A stretch of DNA of 64,000 nt from Flectonema sp. DT1601 (Eukaryota): NCBI GenBank assembly GCA_964019425.1, contig OZ025805.1:372001-436000 (forward strand), in the 5' to 3' direction. Positions 10,079 through 21,463 of this stretch are shown one piece after another. Numbering within the stretch: the first letter of the stretch is position 1; every line of letters starts with the position of its first letter. The notes under the pieces are model-generated. The model worked only from the letters and a program-made list of their open reading frames with translations, ran no database searches and was not told where the DNA came from. A program made the position numbers and the translations under genes.

Positions 10079-12181
10079 GTTGGCCGAACCAGTGCCTCGT
10101 CATCTCACCGTGCTAGCAAGCCTGAATGACAGCACTCAAAATGGTACATATATTCCTGTTCACAAATCACTTCTGTAAACCTTTCAGGTCTTAGTAGTGT
10201 CACCATAGTAGGAGGTGGATTCCTGTTTTCCTGTTCACGAGTCGTTTCTCTTGATCTTTCTTGTCTTAGTAGTGTCACCACTATAGGAAACTTATTCTTG
10301 TCTTCCTGTTCACAAATCACTTCTGTAAACCTTTCAGGTCTTAGTAGTGTCACCATAGTAGGAGGTGGATTCCTGTTTTCCTGTTCACGAGTCGTTTCTC
10401 TTGATCTTTCTTGTCTTAGTAGTGTCACTACTATTGGTGATAATTTCTTGTCTTACTGTTCACAAATCACTTTTCTCGACCTTTCAGGTCTCAATAGTGT
10501 CACCTCTATTGGTGATGATTTCTTGTATTCTTGTAAACGGATAGCAACAGTTGACCTTTCAGGTCTTAGTAGTGTCACCACTATTGGGAATAATTTCTTG
10601 TTTTCCTGTGAACAAATCACTTCTCTTGACCTTTCAGGTCTTTGCTGTGTTACTTCTATTGGAGATAGTTTCCTTTCTTTCTGTACACAAATCACTTCTG
10701 TGAACCTTTCGGGTCTTGATAGTGTAACCGCTATAGCAAATGACTTCTTGCGTTGTTGTGTATGTATTATTTCTCTTGATCTTTCAAGTCTTATTAGTGT
10801 CACCACAATAGGAAGTAATTTCTTGCGTAGTTGTTCAGAAATCACTTCTCTTGACCTTTCAAGTCTTGGTAGTGTCACCACTATTGGTGATGACTTTCTC
10901 AGTGAATGCGACGCTCTTGAATCTGTGCAGCTGCCTGAAAGTAATAGCGTTCTCTTTGAGGAGTCTGTGAAAGCAGCGATTGATCACTCAGGTTAAAGTG
11001 GTGAGTTGATTCTTAAAGTTTTGTTATTTTTGTTATTTTTGTTTTATTAATTAGTTGACCTTCGTGTACATTCTGACTAAAATATGAAAACTTCTTATCA
11101 AAGATTACGGAATAAGAACAATCATCGATTTGAGAACTACTTTAAAAGGTATTCCGGTCACATAAAAGAAAGGAAAGAAGAGTAAGAAAAGAAAATAATA
11201 ATTAAGAATATTTAAGAAAATAATATTTAAAAAAAGTAAATAAGTAAAAAAAAATGCTCCACAAGGCCGTGACCGTGGTATACGTTTCTCCAAACTTTTG
11301 GTTGGAATTGTAAGTTTTCCCTTAATAAAAAGTTCATTGTGACGATAACAACCCCATTTTTATTCTCCTTTTTAAAACTTTCTTAATATTTTATTGCATG
11401 GCATTCACTCCAGATCGAAGTTAATATTATTTTTCTTAAAACAGCGACACGGATGTAAATTATTAGAGACAGAGGCTATCCGGAATTTTACATTTTTATT
11501 AAAAATGCTTTTTTTTAATCTAAACTTCCATCACAGGATAATTTTTCTCACAAGAACTCTTGCGATGCAGGTTTCTGTAGTGTTTCCCGACTCAGGATTT
11601 GGAGATGCAGTTTTGACATCAACATCAGAGTCTGTCGTACGTGATGTTATAGAAACAGTTAACTGAGGAATGGGATGTTGTCAGAATTTATTGAGATGAT
11701 CGTATTGCGGTGATGTTTTTTAGAAAGGAATGGTTTTACTGATTTGAATAAGATAAATAAACTGCTAACACCGAGTAATGACATTTATTTTGAACAATAA
11801 AATTAGATTCGACTTGTGAGACATTTACTGTTGAAGATGTATTGATTTGATATCGAGTTGGGTAATTGTTTCCTATCTAACCTTCATTTGGTAATCTGAT
11901 CAGAGTTTACATTTGGTTGGGAATATTTGAAAAAAATAAGCAGGGAAGTTCTCCATTGATATCGGAAATGAGTACCTAGGCATGGGTCACATCCTTGTAG
12001 TGTTCACTTTCATTCATTCAGGTCACTGAAACAGATGAATCCTTTAGTAAAACAGTATTCATACCCCTTTGAGGGAATGTAATTACATGTCGCATCCTCG
12101 TAGTACTCGATACCCAGATGTCACTTGTACGAGTTCTTTCTAACAGAACCTTTCCCACCTCACAGCAAATTATTTAAAAAA

Positions 12182-14055
12182 GGGTTATGGCCCAAAATAC
12201 CCCAAAGTGGCCCAAAATACCCCGAAGTGGCCCAAAATACCCCAAAGTGGCCCAAAATACCCCGAAGTGGCCCAAAATACCCCGAAGTGGCCCAAAATAC
12301 CCCAAAGTGGCCCAAAACCCGGTCTGGCTGTGCACCCTGGGGTCCCAACCACATAGCTGGGTATGAGGATGGGTCACAGTCACCAGGTATTACTCATACA
12401 ACCATCAGGGTTTAGAGCATCACAAGCACCAGACAGGTCACCTAAATTTACTCGAAAGTTTGGGCAATTCGAACGTCAGCATTCACATTAGCAAGCAACC
12501 AGTCCTGAGTACTTAAAGAACCCAACCATTACGTGTATCAGCCACAGTCACACTTAGTATAGCGTTAGTACAGAGGACACGGATCTGCTATGCAGGGAAG
12601 TGACTTGAACTCGTTCAACTAATTAATGTGTGCAGATATAAGCGCCGCGAATTGACGGGTCTGAAGTTATGCTTTCCGAAGAGAGTAACCACCCACGCGA
12701 GTGTTATTTTGACGCCATAACCTGTAGCTTTCAACACATAACAACCAGGGATAATTCTCAGTAAGGCCGCCGTCACCGTGAAGCTGCTACGAATATAACC
12801 CAACAAACTAGCAATTCCTCCAACTTTGTTCATATGTGCAGACACATAGTCAGCTACACACTTGGAGACTTTCTTAATCTCTTTAAGCTACTTTGCTTTA
12901 GCAGTGGATCTTGCTTATACTATTTTTTTGGCTGAGTTTCAGTGGCAGCAGGTTGAGTTTCAACTATGTTTCGGGCATCTTAGAGATTGAGAATAAAAGT
13001 TCGTAGTAAAAGAGTAAAAGCCTAGAGAGAATGAAAACATTTGTGATTAGGAACCTGAACACTTTACTGAACGAAGCATCGTAGGCAACCAGTTTCCTTC
13101 GAGAATCTGCAGGTGGTGCAGGGCTAAATCGAGATGAGGAAGATAACACCCGTACACCTTAAGCGCACACGGATGTTGAGATAACGTTTGTATGATGTTC
13201 ACTTGACGAGATTATCAAAGACAAATACTCACGGATAGGTTGGGTTGCTCTTCAGGTCCTGATAGTATTCTCAGCCTCTGGAAGTTTTACTGAGTGCATG
13301 CAAAGAACGGTATGTGTGCAGGGCTGGGTCACCTTACAGAGAACTGCTGTCCTCTTACACGTCATTCCAACCGAATTTCAAAGTCAAGACACCTGCGAGT
13401 TACAGACAGCCTGGTCGCAAGCGACACTCCTGTTTCTGACCGGGTTATCAGGGTATCTAACTCATGCAGGCATGAGAGCTTTTTTAAGGCTACTTTGAAT
13501 TATCAAGAGCGCAGTACTGCCCGAAGGGTTCCCGCGTGTCAAGATGCATTTGCATGTACTGAGCAGAAGTTCCAGAAAGAAGATTACTTTTATCATTTCC
13601 CAAGTCATCACATCCTTAACCGTTTGTGTTATTAGCTTTCAATCAATCCATTACCATAAATCCACAGATGAGTGTGCTGAATAGAAAGTAAAACGGGACG
13701 GCAAAAAGCTTTTGTCCAAGTGACACAGAAATACTGGCCAGGCAGGTTCCAAAAAGAAGTTTCAAGAAAAAAAAACAAGAAAAAAAAAAAAAAAATTGGC
13801 AGTGGAAAAAGTTACAACTTGTAGTGAACAGCGAAAAAAAAAACATCACTTCCAGTTTCTGTACACACATTATCCTGATTTACAAGTTCCCAAAGCCGGG
13901 TTCGGTATATTTTGGACCACTTCGGGGTATTTTGGGCCACTTTGGGGTATTTTGGGCCACTTTGGGGTATTTTGGGCCACTTCGGGGTATTTTGGGCCAC
14001 TTTGGGGTATTTTGGGCCATTTGCAAAAAAAGTGGGGTATTTTGGGCCATTGCCC
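12182..14055. mobile_element. Non-autonomous foldback/Mutator-like DNA transposon with minisatellite TIRs
   Basis: Ends GGGTTATGGCCC... and ...GGGCCATTGCCC; arms of 20-bp tandem units GGCCCAAAATACCCC(A/G)AAGT (about 12189-12318 and 13905-14048, inverted); 9-bp TSD TTTAAAAAA at 12173-12181 and 14056-14064; empty site visible near 1795-1803. Confidence 0.88.
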
Positions 14056-14944
14056 TTTAAAAAATGACAATGCAAGTTTTTGTGACGTGTCCTGATTGGG
14101 GACTCCCCGCAGTGACAGTGACGGCTGCTGCTGATTCAGTTGTGAACGACGTGTTGACGGCGGCGGCTGGGGAGTGGGATGTGGATCCGGATGAAGTTGA
14201 ACTCTCGTTTGCTGGTGATACCCTTTGTGAAACTGATCGGCTGGCAGATCATGGAGTGGTTGCAGACAGCGAGTTGGAAATGTGGAAGAAGCAGTTTAGG
14301 ATATTCGGTAAAAGCTGGTTTGTTGATGATGCAAAACGGGAAAAGCTGCTTCTTTGGATGAGAGATCACATTGCGGAGTATTTATGTCTGGACACTGCCA
14401 CATTCACAGAAGATGGTTGCCTCACTGTTGACGGTGACCTGCTTCCTTCAGATGCCGAACAGGTTGCTTTCCGCAATTCAAATTCCAACAGCACAGCCAT
14501 GTCATCAGTTAACACTATTGGAGATGGATTCTTGTCTTCCTGTTCACAAATTACTTCTCTTGACTTATCATGTCTTTGTAGTGTCACTACTATTGGACAT
14601 AGATTCTTATATTTCTGTTCAGAAATCACTTCTGTAAACCTTTCAGGTCTTAGTAGTGTCACTACTATTGGAGATAAATTCTTATATTATTGTTCAAGGA
14701 TCGAAGTTATTATTATTTTTAAAACAGCGACGCGGATGTAAATTATTTGAGACAGAGGCTATCTGGAGTTCTACATTTTATATTTTACTCTAACTTCTGA
14801 CTTCTTGAGGAAAATAAATACATGAAGTAGAAATGTAAGGAAGTACAGTATTGATGTATGTGTTTGAACTGTTCAATAATCAGAAAGACTCACAAGCAGC
14901 GATTCGTACTTCTGTTTTTCGTTTGAAATCAATGAATAATGTAA

Positions 14945-15059
14945 TGGCCTTCCGACGCCACCTGGACCGCAACTCGTTCACAGTGCCCTACCCGGTTCTC
15001 CACCGGACCGTCTGAGCGACGGGATCCATGGGATTCAAACCCCTAAACACTGGTTAATC
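14945..15059 (+). mobile_element. 3' fragment of the ~690-bp ribozyme-headed short retroelement
   Basis: TGGCCTTCCGACGCC...CACTGGTTAAT matches the last ~115 bp of the full copies and abuts an LRR at the usual register. Confidence 0.9.
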
Positions 15060-15154
15060 TAATTGTTCAAGGATTACTTCTCTTGACCTTTCAGGTCTTA
15101 GTAGTGTCACTGTTATTGGAGATTGCTTCTTGTGTTGCTGTAAACAAATCACTA

Positions 15155-15227
15155 GGGTAACGAAACTCGGACAGCGCGCCTCCTCGTGGTGTTGCCTGGA
15201 TGCACCTTGTGTGTAACTAGAGTGCTG
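15155..15227 (+). ncRNA. HDV-like ribozyme heading the short retroelement (also 51349-51421, 52362-52434, 53149-53221, 54025-54097)
   Basis: P1 GGGTAAC/GTTGCCT with G1-U wobble; P2 CAGCGC/GTGCTG; P3 GCC/GGT with loop TCCTCGT; P1.1 CC/GG; P4 TGCAC/GTGTA; J4/2 ACTAGA. Confidence 0.9.
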
Positions 15228-15834
15228 ACGTATTGTTGTTGTTGCTGTGTATTCTTTTACCCCCGTTTTATTTTCCGGTAGCCTAACCTTTAAAAAAAAA
15301 GGACAACATAGCAGAAGGTCAGGTGATCCGGCCCGGGATACTCAGGCACCCAGAGCTCACAGGGGCCACCGGGTTTTTATTTTTTCCTTAGTGGCATGAT
15401 TTCCCTTTACCCCCATTTCCTTCAAACTTCCCCCGTTTAGTCTTTTCACGCATGGGGGGATTATAAGTTCAGGTCGCCTGAAATGTATTAACAGTATCAG
15501 CCCCGCGAGTTACTCGGGAAGCTCCCATGCAATGTGTGGAGAAAGAGGCCATCCCTCCCCCTACCTCTCTGCTTTACTACGTCGTTTTTTGTGTGTGGCA
15601 TTTCTTTTCTTTTCAATCCTGTTCTTTCACACGCGGTTGTTCGAGCGGTTGTGAACCACCTTGGGTCTCTTACGGTCTCCAAGCTACTGTTGTGCGAAGA
15701 AACAAATCTGTTGGTGCGGTGGCCTTCCGACGCCACCTGGACCGAAACTCGTTCACAGTGCCCTACCCGGTTCTCCACCGGACCGCCTGAGCGACGGGAT
15801 CCATGGGATTCAAACCCCTAAACACTGGTTAATT
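15155..15834 (+). mobile_element. Non-autonomous short retroelement (SINE/SIDER-like), copy A
   Basis: 20-bp TSD TTGCTGTAAACAAATCACTA at 15135-15154 and 15835-15854; near-identical to four copies at 51-55 kb. Confidence 0.95.
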
Positions 15835-17816
15835 TTGCTGTAAACAAATCACTATTCTAGACCTTTCTAGTCTCCATAGTGTCACCACAATTGGTCATGG
15901 TTTCTTGTATTCCTGTTCACAAATTACTTTTCTTGACCTTTCAGGTCTTACTAGTGTCACCGCTATTGGTGATCGCTTTATCAGTAAATGCGACTCTCTT
16001 GAATCTGTCCAGCTTCCTGAAAGTAATAGCGCTCTCTTTGAGGAGTCTGTGAAAGCAGCGATTGATCATTCAGGATAAAGTGTGAATTGATTCTTAAAAT
16101 TTTGTTTTTTTTAGTGATTTTTGTTTTATGGGAAAATAGTTTGCGAAATCGCCAACTCCCTACAAAAAAAAGTTGTCCACCAGGACTCGAACTTGACCCA
16201 AAATTTTGGCTTGCGGCGGGTTTTTTGTTTTTTAGCCTACCAAGCTGGGAAGAGTGCAAGGGGGGGCTTGCGTTATAGGTGGGAGGTTTACCAACAATGA
16301 AATACCACTACTCTTATCGTTGCTTATCCAATGATGGGGGAGCGGCAGCTGCCTCTTCGGAGGTTAGGGTCCTTTCGGACTCGTGGCTTTGACGATAAAA
16401 AACCCATTTTTATTCTCCTTTTTTTTCTTGTTTGAAAAATAAAACAACGAAATGTAATTTTTTTAATGCATACGAAATTTAGTCGCATGTATTTTAAGTC
16501 AGAGTTCGAACCTGGACATGTTTTAACAGGTCCGGCGCAGTTATGACCCTTAAACTGACTGTCATCTTGCCTGATCCCTTTGGTTTTCATTTCTTGCTGA
16601 GTGATATGGCTATGTGCTGCCCAAATCTTTTGTGGTACATTCCTAAAGCTTTTCGGTAAGCCCACAGTACAATTATAATGCTTTGGACAACTGGGGGTGA
16701 ACGATCCTCGGTACTGTTCCGGGGTTTTCTATCGTCTTTCGTGGAGTGTGGGCATATGGCACATGTGGTCGTATTATAAAGAAAGATGTATATGAAAGAA
16801 AGAAGTTTTTTTATTTTTTTCACCTTCCCCCCACTCCCGGATCATTTCTCTTTTATTTTCTTTAGTTGTTTACAACCTGTTAGCCTCTGGGCAAGGTGGA
16901 AGCTGGAAGTCGATCACTTCCAGCCAATACTATGAAACTACAATCTTCGCGATTGGGTCCTTACTGATGCGGGCTGCCCACCCCTCGTAGTCATCAGTTT
17001 GTATTTTGCTAACTAAACTAAACTAACTACAAGAGACCTGTTGTTAAGACATTCTCCCTCAAGCATCCACAGCACATGTTCAGAATTTGTCATCGCGAAG
17101 CGCTGACAAACATTATGAAGCGTTCTGGAAGCTAGCCATCTGTAAATATTGTAAAGGAGACGGAAAAAGATTTAAAAAAAAAAATATTATGAACTCGTAA
17201 ACCGGAACTAAAAATAAAAATAAAATAATATGTCACCACAAACACACTTGAACCATCTAAACAACGGGAACAGAACAAAACAAACCAAATCACATAATTA
17301 ACAAAAAAAAATGATAAAAAGTGCAAAAAAAAAAAAATGAAAAGAAAGTAATCAGCTTCAAACTAGTGCTAAAATTCCCAGCAACTTGCGTTGGGCGCCT
17401 CCACACCTTCGCTCATGTTGATACTATAAAGGTGTGTGTGCTGATGGCCTCAGTCTTCAAAAAAGATAAAATATGTTAGATCACCACATTGATTAAAAAA
17501 AAAATACTCAAAACTAACTGAGTCAAGACGTAGGGAGTGAGACACTAAGAAGTTCCTTCCTCAATGTTAGATTATTAAACAGAGCAAAGCAAACTAATAT
17601 CGAAAGCACAATCACATGACCTACAACAATAACGTTGTGTTCTTTTTTTTGATACGATTCAATAATTTATACTTCTCTTTCGAAATAGCATGATCGACAT
17701 GGGACGGATCTTTTTTTGCGTAATCAATAAAAGAATAACAATATAAGGGAAGTTGAACTGACAGTAATCTTTTTTGTGTGATACTGCTTTTTTGTATCAT
17801 TGTTATCTTCCATTAT

Positions 17817-17854
<38 letters not shown>

Positions 17855-17875
17855 GAACAAAAAGTAATAACAATA

Positions 17876-19711
17876 ATGGAAGTAGCCACTGCTGCAGTAC
17901 AGTTACCGATACCCACAGGTGAAGGTGATGAGGGTAGTGGGTTAGATGAAATGTTCGACTTAGAAGACGACGATCCCGACGTGGAGGATGACGAATCGCT
18001 CAACCAAGCCTTAAAACTTCTCAAACATCAACAAGAACAAAACGCTCCTCCAGAAGTCCGACCGACAATCACAAGACAACCCGAAGTCGTTGATGATTTT
18101 ATAAGAAATTTTTTAATAAATTTTGGGTTGAAAGAAACTCTTGAAGTTTTTGAATCTGAATGGTTTGAGCATCGTGCAAAACAGCAACAAGAAGACTCTG
18201 GTGATGTGAATGACAACAATACACTTGATATAATAGTACCTGATGTTTACGTTCACAATTCACAACTCACTGAAACTGTTCAACAACTTTCTAGCGAGTT
18301 ACAGGATAGTAAAGATGTACTAAAAACTGTTACCCAACAATACGAATCTCTCCGAAAGCAACGAGACTATCACAAACTTAGACACAGCAGGGTAATCCAA
18401 GAAAAATCACAATTGCAAAAAGATTTAAAAAAACTGCTATCCCACAATAAAACGATGGAACCAATGTTGGCTGAATTGCGTACCAAACACGAAGCAATAA
18501 TGAAAGAACGCGTTTTAATTAGACTAGACAGAGATAAATTACATTTGAAAGTAAAATCAATGGAAGATACAATTAGCAAACTCGAAGGAACTCCGAAAGG
18601 AATAGCTGCGGCTCCTGCAACTTCTGAAAAGAAGAAAAAGAAAATTGGAGCGACATGGCCGAATGAGGATTCCTTTAAGGGAGGAAAACGAAATGCCCTA
18701 ACAAACAGCGTAGTAGGAATGGGTTGTAGAACAACGTTTAAGGGACACACAATGGCAGTGACTGGTATATCATGTCATCCAAAGAAAAGTGTCATCGCAA
18801 CCTCTTCTGATGATGGCTCATGGAAGGTCTGGGCTGTACCGACAGGTGATCAAATCATGTCTGGTGATGGTCACCGAGATTGGGTTTCTGACATCTCATT
18901 CAGTCCCAAATGCACTCATCTAGCAACATCATCTGGTGACACTACTGTAAAGTTATGGGATATTCTTAAAGCTGGATGCGTGCATACTTTTACTGATCAT
19001 ACGATGGGTGTTTGGTCAGTCGCTTGGCATGATCAAGGTGAGTTCTTAGGATCTTGTTCGTTGGATCACACAGTCAGGATATGGGACACGACGGTGGGTA
19101 AATCACGTCAGACATTAAGAGGACACGTCGATTCAGTAAATTCATTACAATTTCAGCCTAGTTCAAATAATCTCGTGACTGGTTCTGGTGACAAAACAGT
19201 CTCAATTTGGGATCCTCGTTCAGGATTCTGCGTCCACACATTCTATGGACATTCTAATGCTGTAAATCACGTCTGTTATTCACCTAAAGGAGACACGATA
19301 GCTTCTGTTGATGCTGATGGCATGGTGGTATGTGCACTGGTTTTGTTATGTAAGATGTCAAAAAAAAAAAAAAATGACTATGTTTCTGTGATGCATAGCA
19401 GCAGACAAAAGTTTTCCAAAAAAAAAAAAAAAAAAAAAAAACAGATTCTCTGGGATATGCGAAACGCTAAGGAACGTTGTAAAGAAAGTTGTGGTCCACA
19501 CCCAGCAAACAGTTGTGCATTTGAGGGAAGTGGGAAGAGTGTTGCGGTTGGATCAGATGACAGTTTAATTTACGTATTGAATGTCGATGAGACCTCGAAA
19601 ATATCCACACTACGAGGTCACGAAGATGCTGTCCAATCTGTTTCATTTGGAGCAGATAACGGATTTTTAATATCCGCCTCGTCCGATGGCACTTCTCGAT
19701 ACTGGTCATAG
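17876..19711 (+). CDS. SPAG16: Flagellar central-pair WD40 protein PF20/SPAG16-like; intron 19328-19444
   Basis: N-terminal PEVVDDFIRNFL...TLEVFESEW, coiled coil, seven GH...WD repeats; removing the 117-nt GT..AG intron joins DADGMV to ILWDMR. Confidence 0.85.
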   Translation: MEVATAAVQLPIPTGEGDEGSGLDEMFDLEDDDPDVEDDESLNQALKLLKHQQEQNAPPEVRPTITRQPEVVDDFIRNFLINFGLKETLEVFESEWFEHRAKQQQEDSGDVNDNNTLDIIVPDVYVHNSQLTETVQQLSSELQDSKDVLKTVTQQYESLRKQRDYHKLRHSRVIQEKSQLQKDLKKLLSHNKTMEPMLAELRTKHEAIMKERVLIRLDRDKLHLKVKSMEDTISKLEGTPKGIAAAPATSEKKKKKIGATWPNEDSFKGGKRNALTNSVVGMGCRTTFKGHTMAVTGISCHPKKSVIATSSDDGSWKVWAVPTGDQIMSGDGHRDWVSDISFSPKCTHLATSSGDTTVKLWDILKAGCVHTFTDHTMGVWSVAWHDQGEFLGSCSLDHTVRIWDTTVGKSRQTLRGHVDSVNSLQFQPSSNNLVTGSGDKTVSIWDPRSGFCVHTFYGHSNAVNHVCYSPKGDTIASVDADGMVVCALVLLCKMSKKKKNDYVSVMHSSRQKFSKKKKKKKKQILWDMRNAKERCKESCGPHPANSCAFEGSGKSVAVGSDDSLIYVLNVDETSKISTLRGHEDAVQSVSFGADNGFLISASSDGTSRYWS

Positions 19712-20079
19712 AATTGTGTTCTATGACCAGGTTCTGGTTTTGACACTTTGTCGTCGTCTTCCGACAGCTGACAAGAATGTCAAAAAAAAAAAAAAAAAAA
19801 AAAAACGACAACAACAACAACAACAACAACAACAAACACCCTGTATATAGTATAAAAAGGTTTCTGATTTCTGTTATGTTTACATACAAAAAAAAAAAAA
19901 GAAAGTGACGCAAAAAAAAATATTAATTTTGTTTTCTTTTTAAATTAACAGGAGGTACACTTCACAATGACAACAACTGCTCTGCTGCAGTAGGCAGAGT
20001 GATATTTATATAATTGACGAAACGTAACATAGAATTAATTTTTAGTTTTTTATTTTCACTCTTAAAACAGGATCACTTC

Positions 20080-21463
20080 ATGGCGACCTCTCCTAGTTCC
20101 CCAAAAGGAGGGGGACAACAGGGAGATGGCCTTGATGGTTTAATCAGCCCTATGCTAGCCTCATCGGAGCCTCCAACTACTGCGGTCCAAGAAAGCAAAA
20201 AACCGACTACGAAGAAAGAAAATTTCGAATGGCAGAAGGTGTTGGGATACGGAAGTTATAGCAGGGTGGTCCTCGCGGTTCACAAGAAAACTCAAAAACG
20301 GTTCGCCGTGAAGGTCGTCAGCAAGATTCAAGTTGTAAATGAAAAAGCCCTACTAAACTGTGTAAAGAATGAAAGAGACATCCTAAAGCAATGTAACCAT
20401 CCCAACATAATAAAACTGATAGAAACCTTTCAATCACCAGTAGAGCTGTACTACGTTATGGAATACGCTGGCGGGGGTGAATTACTTCAATATATAAGAA
20501 ATGTTGGTCGCTTTGATGTGACAATATTAAGAATGGTCGCGGCAGAGTTGATCAACGGGTTAGAATACCTGCACAACAAGGGAATCGTTCACAGAGATTT
20601 AAAACCAGAAAATCTTTTATTGGATTCAAAAAATCACATCAAATTAGTTGATTTTGGAACAGCGTTTATGCAAACTGATAATAATCCAAAACCCCCTGTT
20701 CAGCAACCACAAAGAGAGTCAGCATCGGCTAAGGGTTCGATTTCACTTGCATCAGAAAGTGAAATACGAGGTCAGACTTTCTGCGGAACTTTTCAATACA
20801 TCTCACCAGAACTGTTGGATCAAGGCGTGACTACTATGGCATCAGACTTATGGGCATTTGGATGTATTCTGTATCAGATGGCTTCTGGTAGAAGACCCTT
20901 CGATGACGGAAGTGTGATGCAAATATTTGAAAAAATAAGATCACCTGAAAAAACATTAACCTACACTCCAGATTTTCCAATTGATGTAAAAGACTTAATT
21001 AAGGGTCTGTTGGTGTTGGACCCTCAACAGAGATTGGGAACGACCTCTATGGGTGGATATCAAGGTCTTAAGAACCATGTTCTCTTTCAAGGAATAGATT
21101 TTGTCGCCTTACCGACACAAGAACTAAGTTATCAGTGGAAACATTCAGCACCTCCTTGGGTGAGTGATAAGAAAGTAGCAAATTGCGGTAATTGCCAGGC
21201 TACATTCACATTCACTAACAGACGTCATCACTGTCGTAAGTGTGGATATATATTTTGCAATTCATGCAGCAGTAAGCAGTCAGCGATCCCTGGTTTATAT
21301 GAGGGGGTGAAGGTGTGTTTTTTTTTTGCTGGTTTTTGATTTTGACAAATATACAAATATACAAATGAAAAAAAAAAAAAAAAAAAAAAAAACACAGGTT
21401 CGGGTATGCAGAGTCTGCTTCAGCACATTAAAAAAAGCCCAATCACCTACAACTCAGGTGTGA
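20080..21463 (+). CDS. PDK1-like AGC Ser/Thr kinase with C-terminal FYVE finger; intron 21313-21397
   Basis: GYGSYS, AVK, HRDLKPEN, DFGTA, TFCGTFQYISPE; WVSD..CxxC..RRHHCRKCG..CxxC; the final exon supplies VRVCRVC. Confidence 0.88.

Larger units (their letters stand above)
2370..10152 (+). mobile_element. Full-length non-LTR retrotransposon (APE + RT), 7783 bp, 20-bp TSD
   Basis: TSD TTCCTGTTCACAAATCACTT at 2350-2369 and 10153-10172; GC-richer than the host; ORF1 plus APE-RT ORF2. Confidence 0.97.
1808..10996 (+). pseudogene. Ubiquitin-like + BspA-type LRR gene interrupted by a LINE (host segments 1808-2369 and 10173-10996; 461 aa when rejoined)
   Basis: MQVFV...LSFAGDTL...LADHGV ubiquitin-like pattern; 25-aa repeats like CSQITSLDLSGLSSVTTIGxxFL; removing the element and one TSD restores the frame to the family C-terminus KAAIDHSG*. 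Confidence 0.9.
14070..16077 (+). pseudogene. Ubl-LRR gene disrupted by a rearranged segment, a truncated short retroelement, a full short retroelement and a frameshift
   Basis: Family N-terminus 14070-14702; LRR pieces 15060-15154 and 15855-15978; family C-terminal sequence ...GATCATTCAGGATAA at about 16063-16077. Confidence 0.85.

Noticed and set aside
12189..14048. CRISPR array or repeat proteins from the 20-bp repeats
   Set aside because: No spacers; the repeats are inverted arms of a transposon
16890..17030. Hairpin-rich segment with GAAACTAC/GTAGTC resembling half a hammerhead
   Set aside because: CTGANGA core is absent at the required position; single copy in the window
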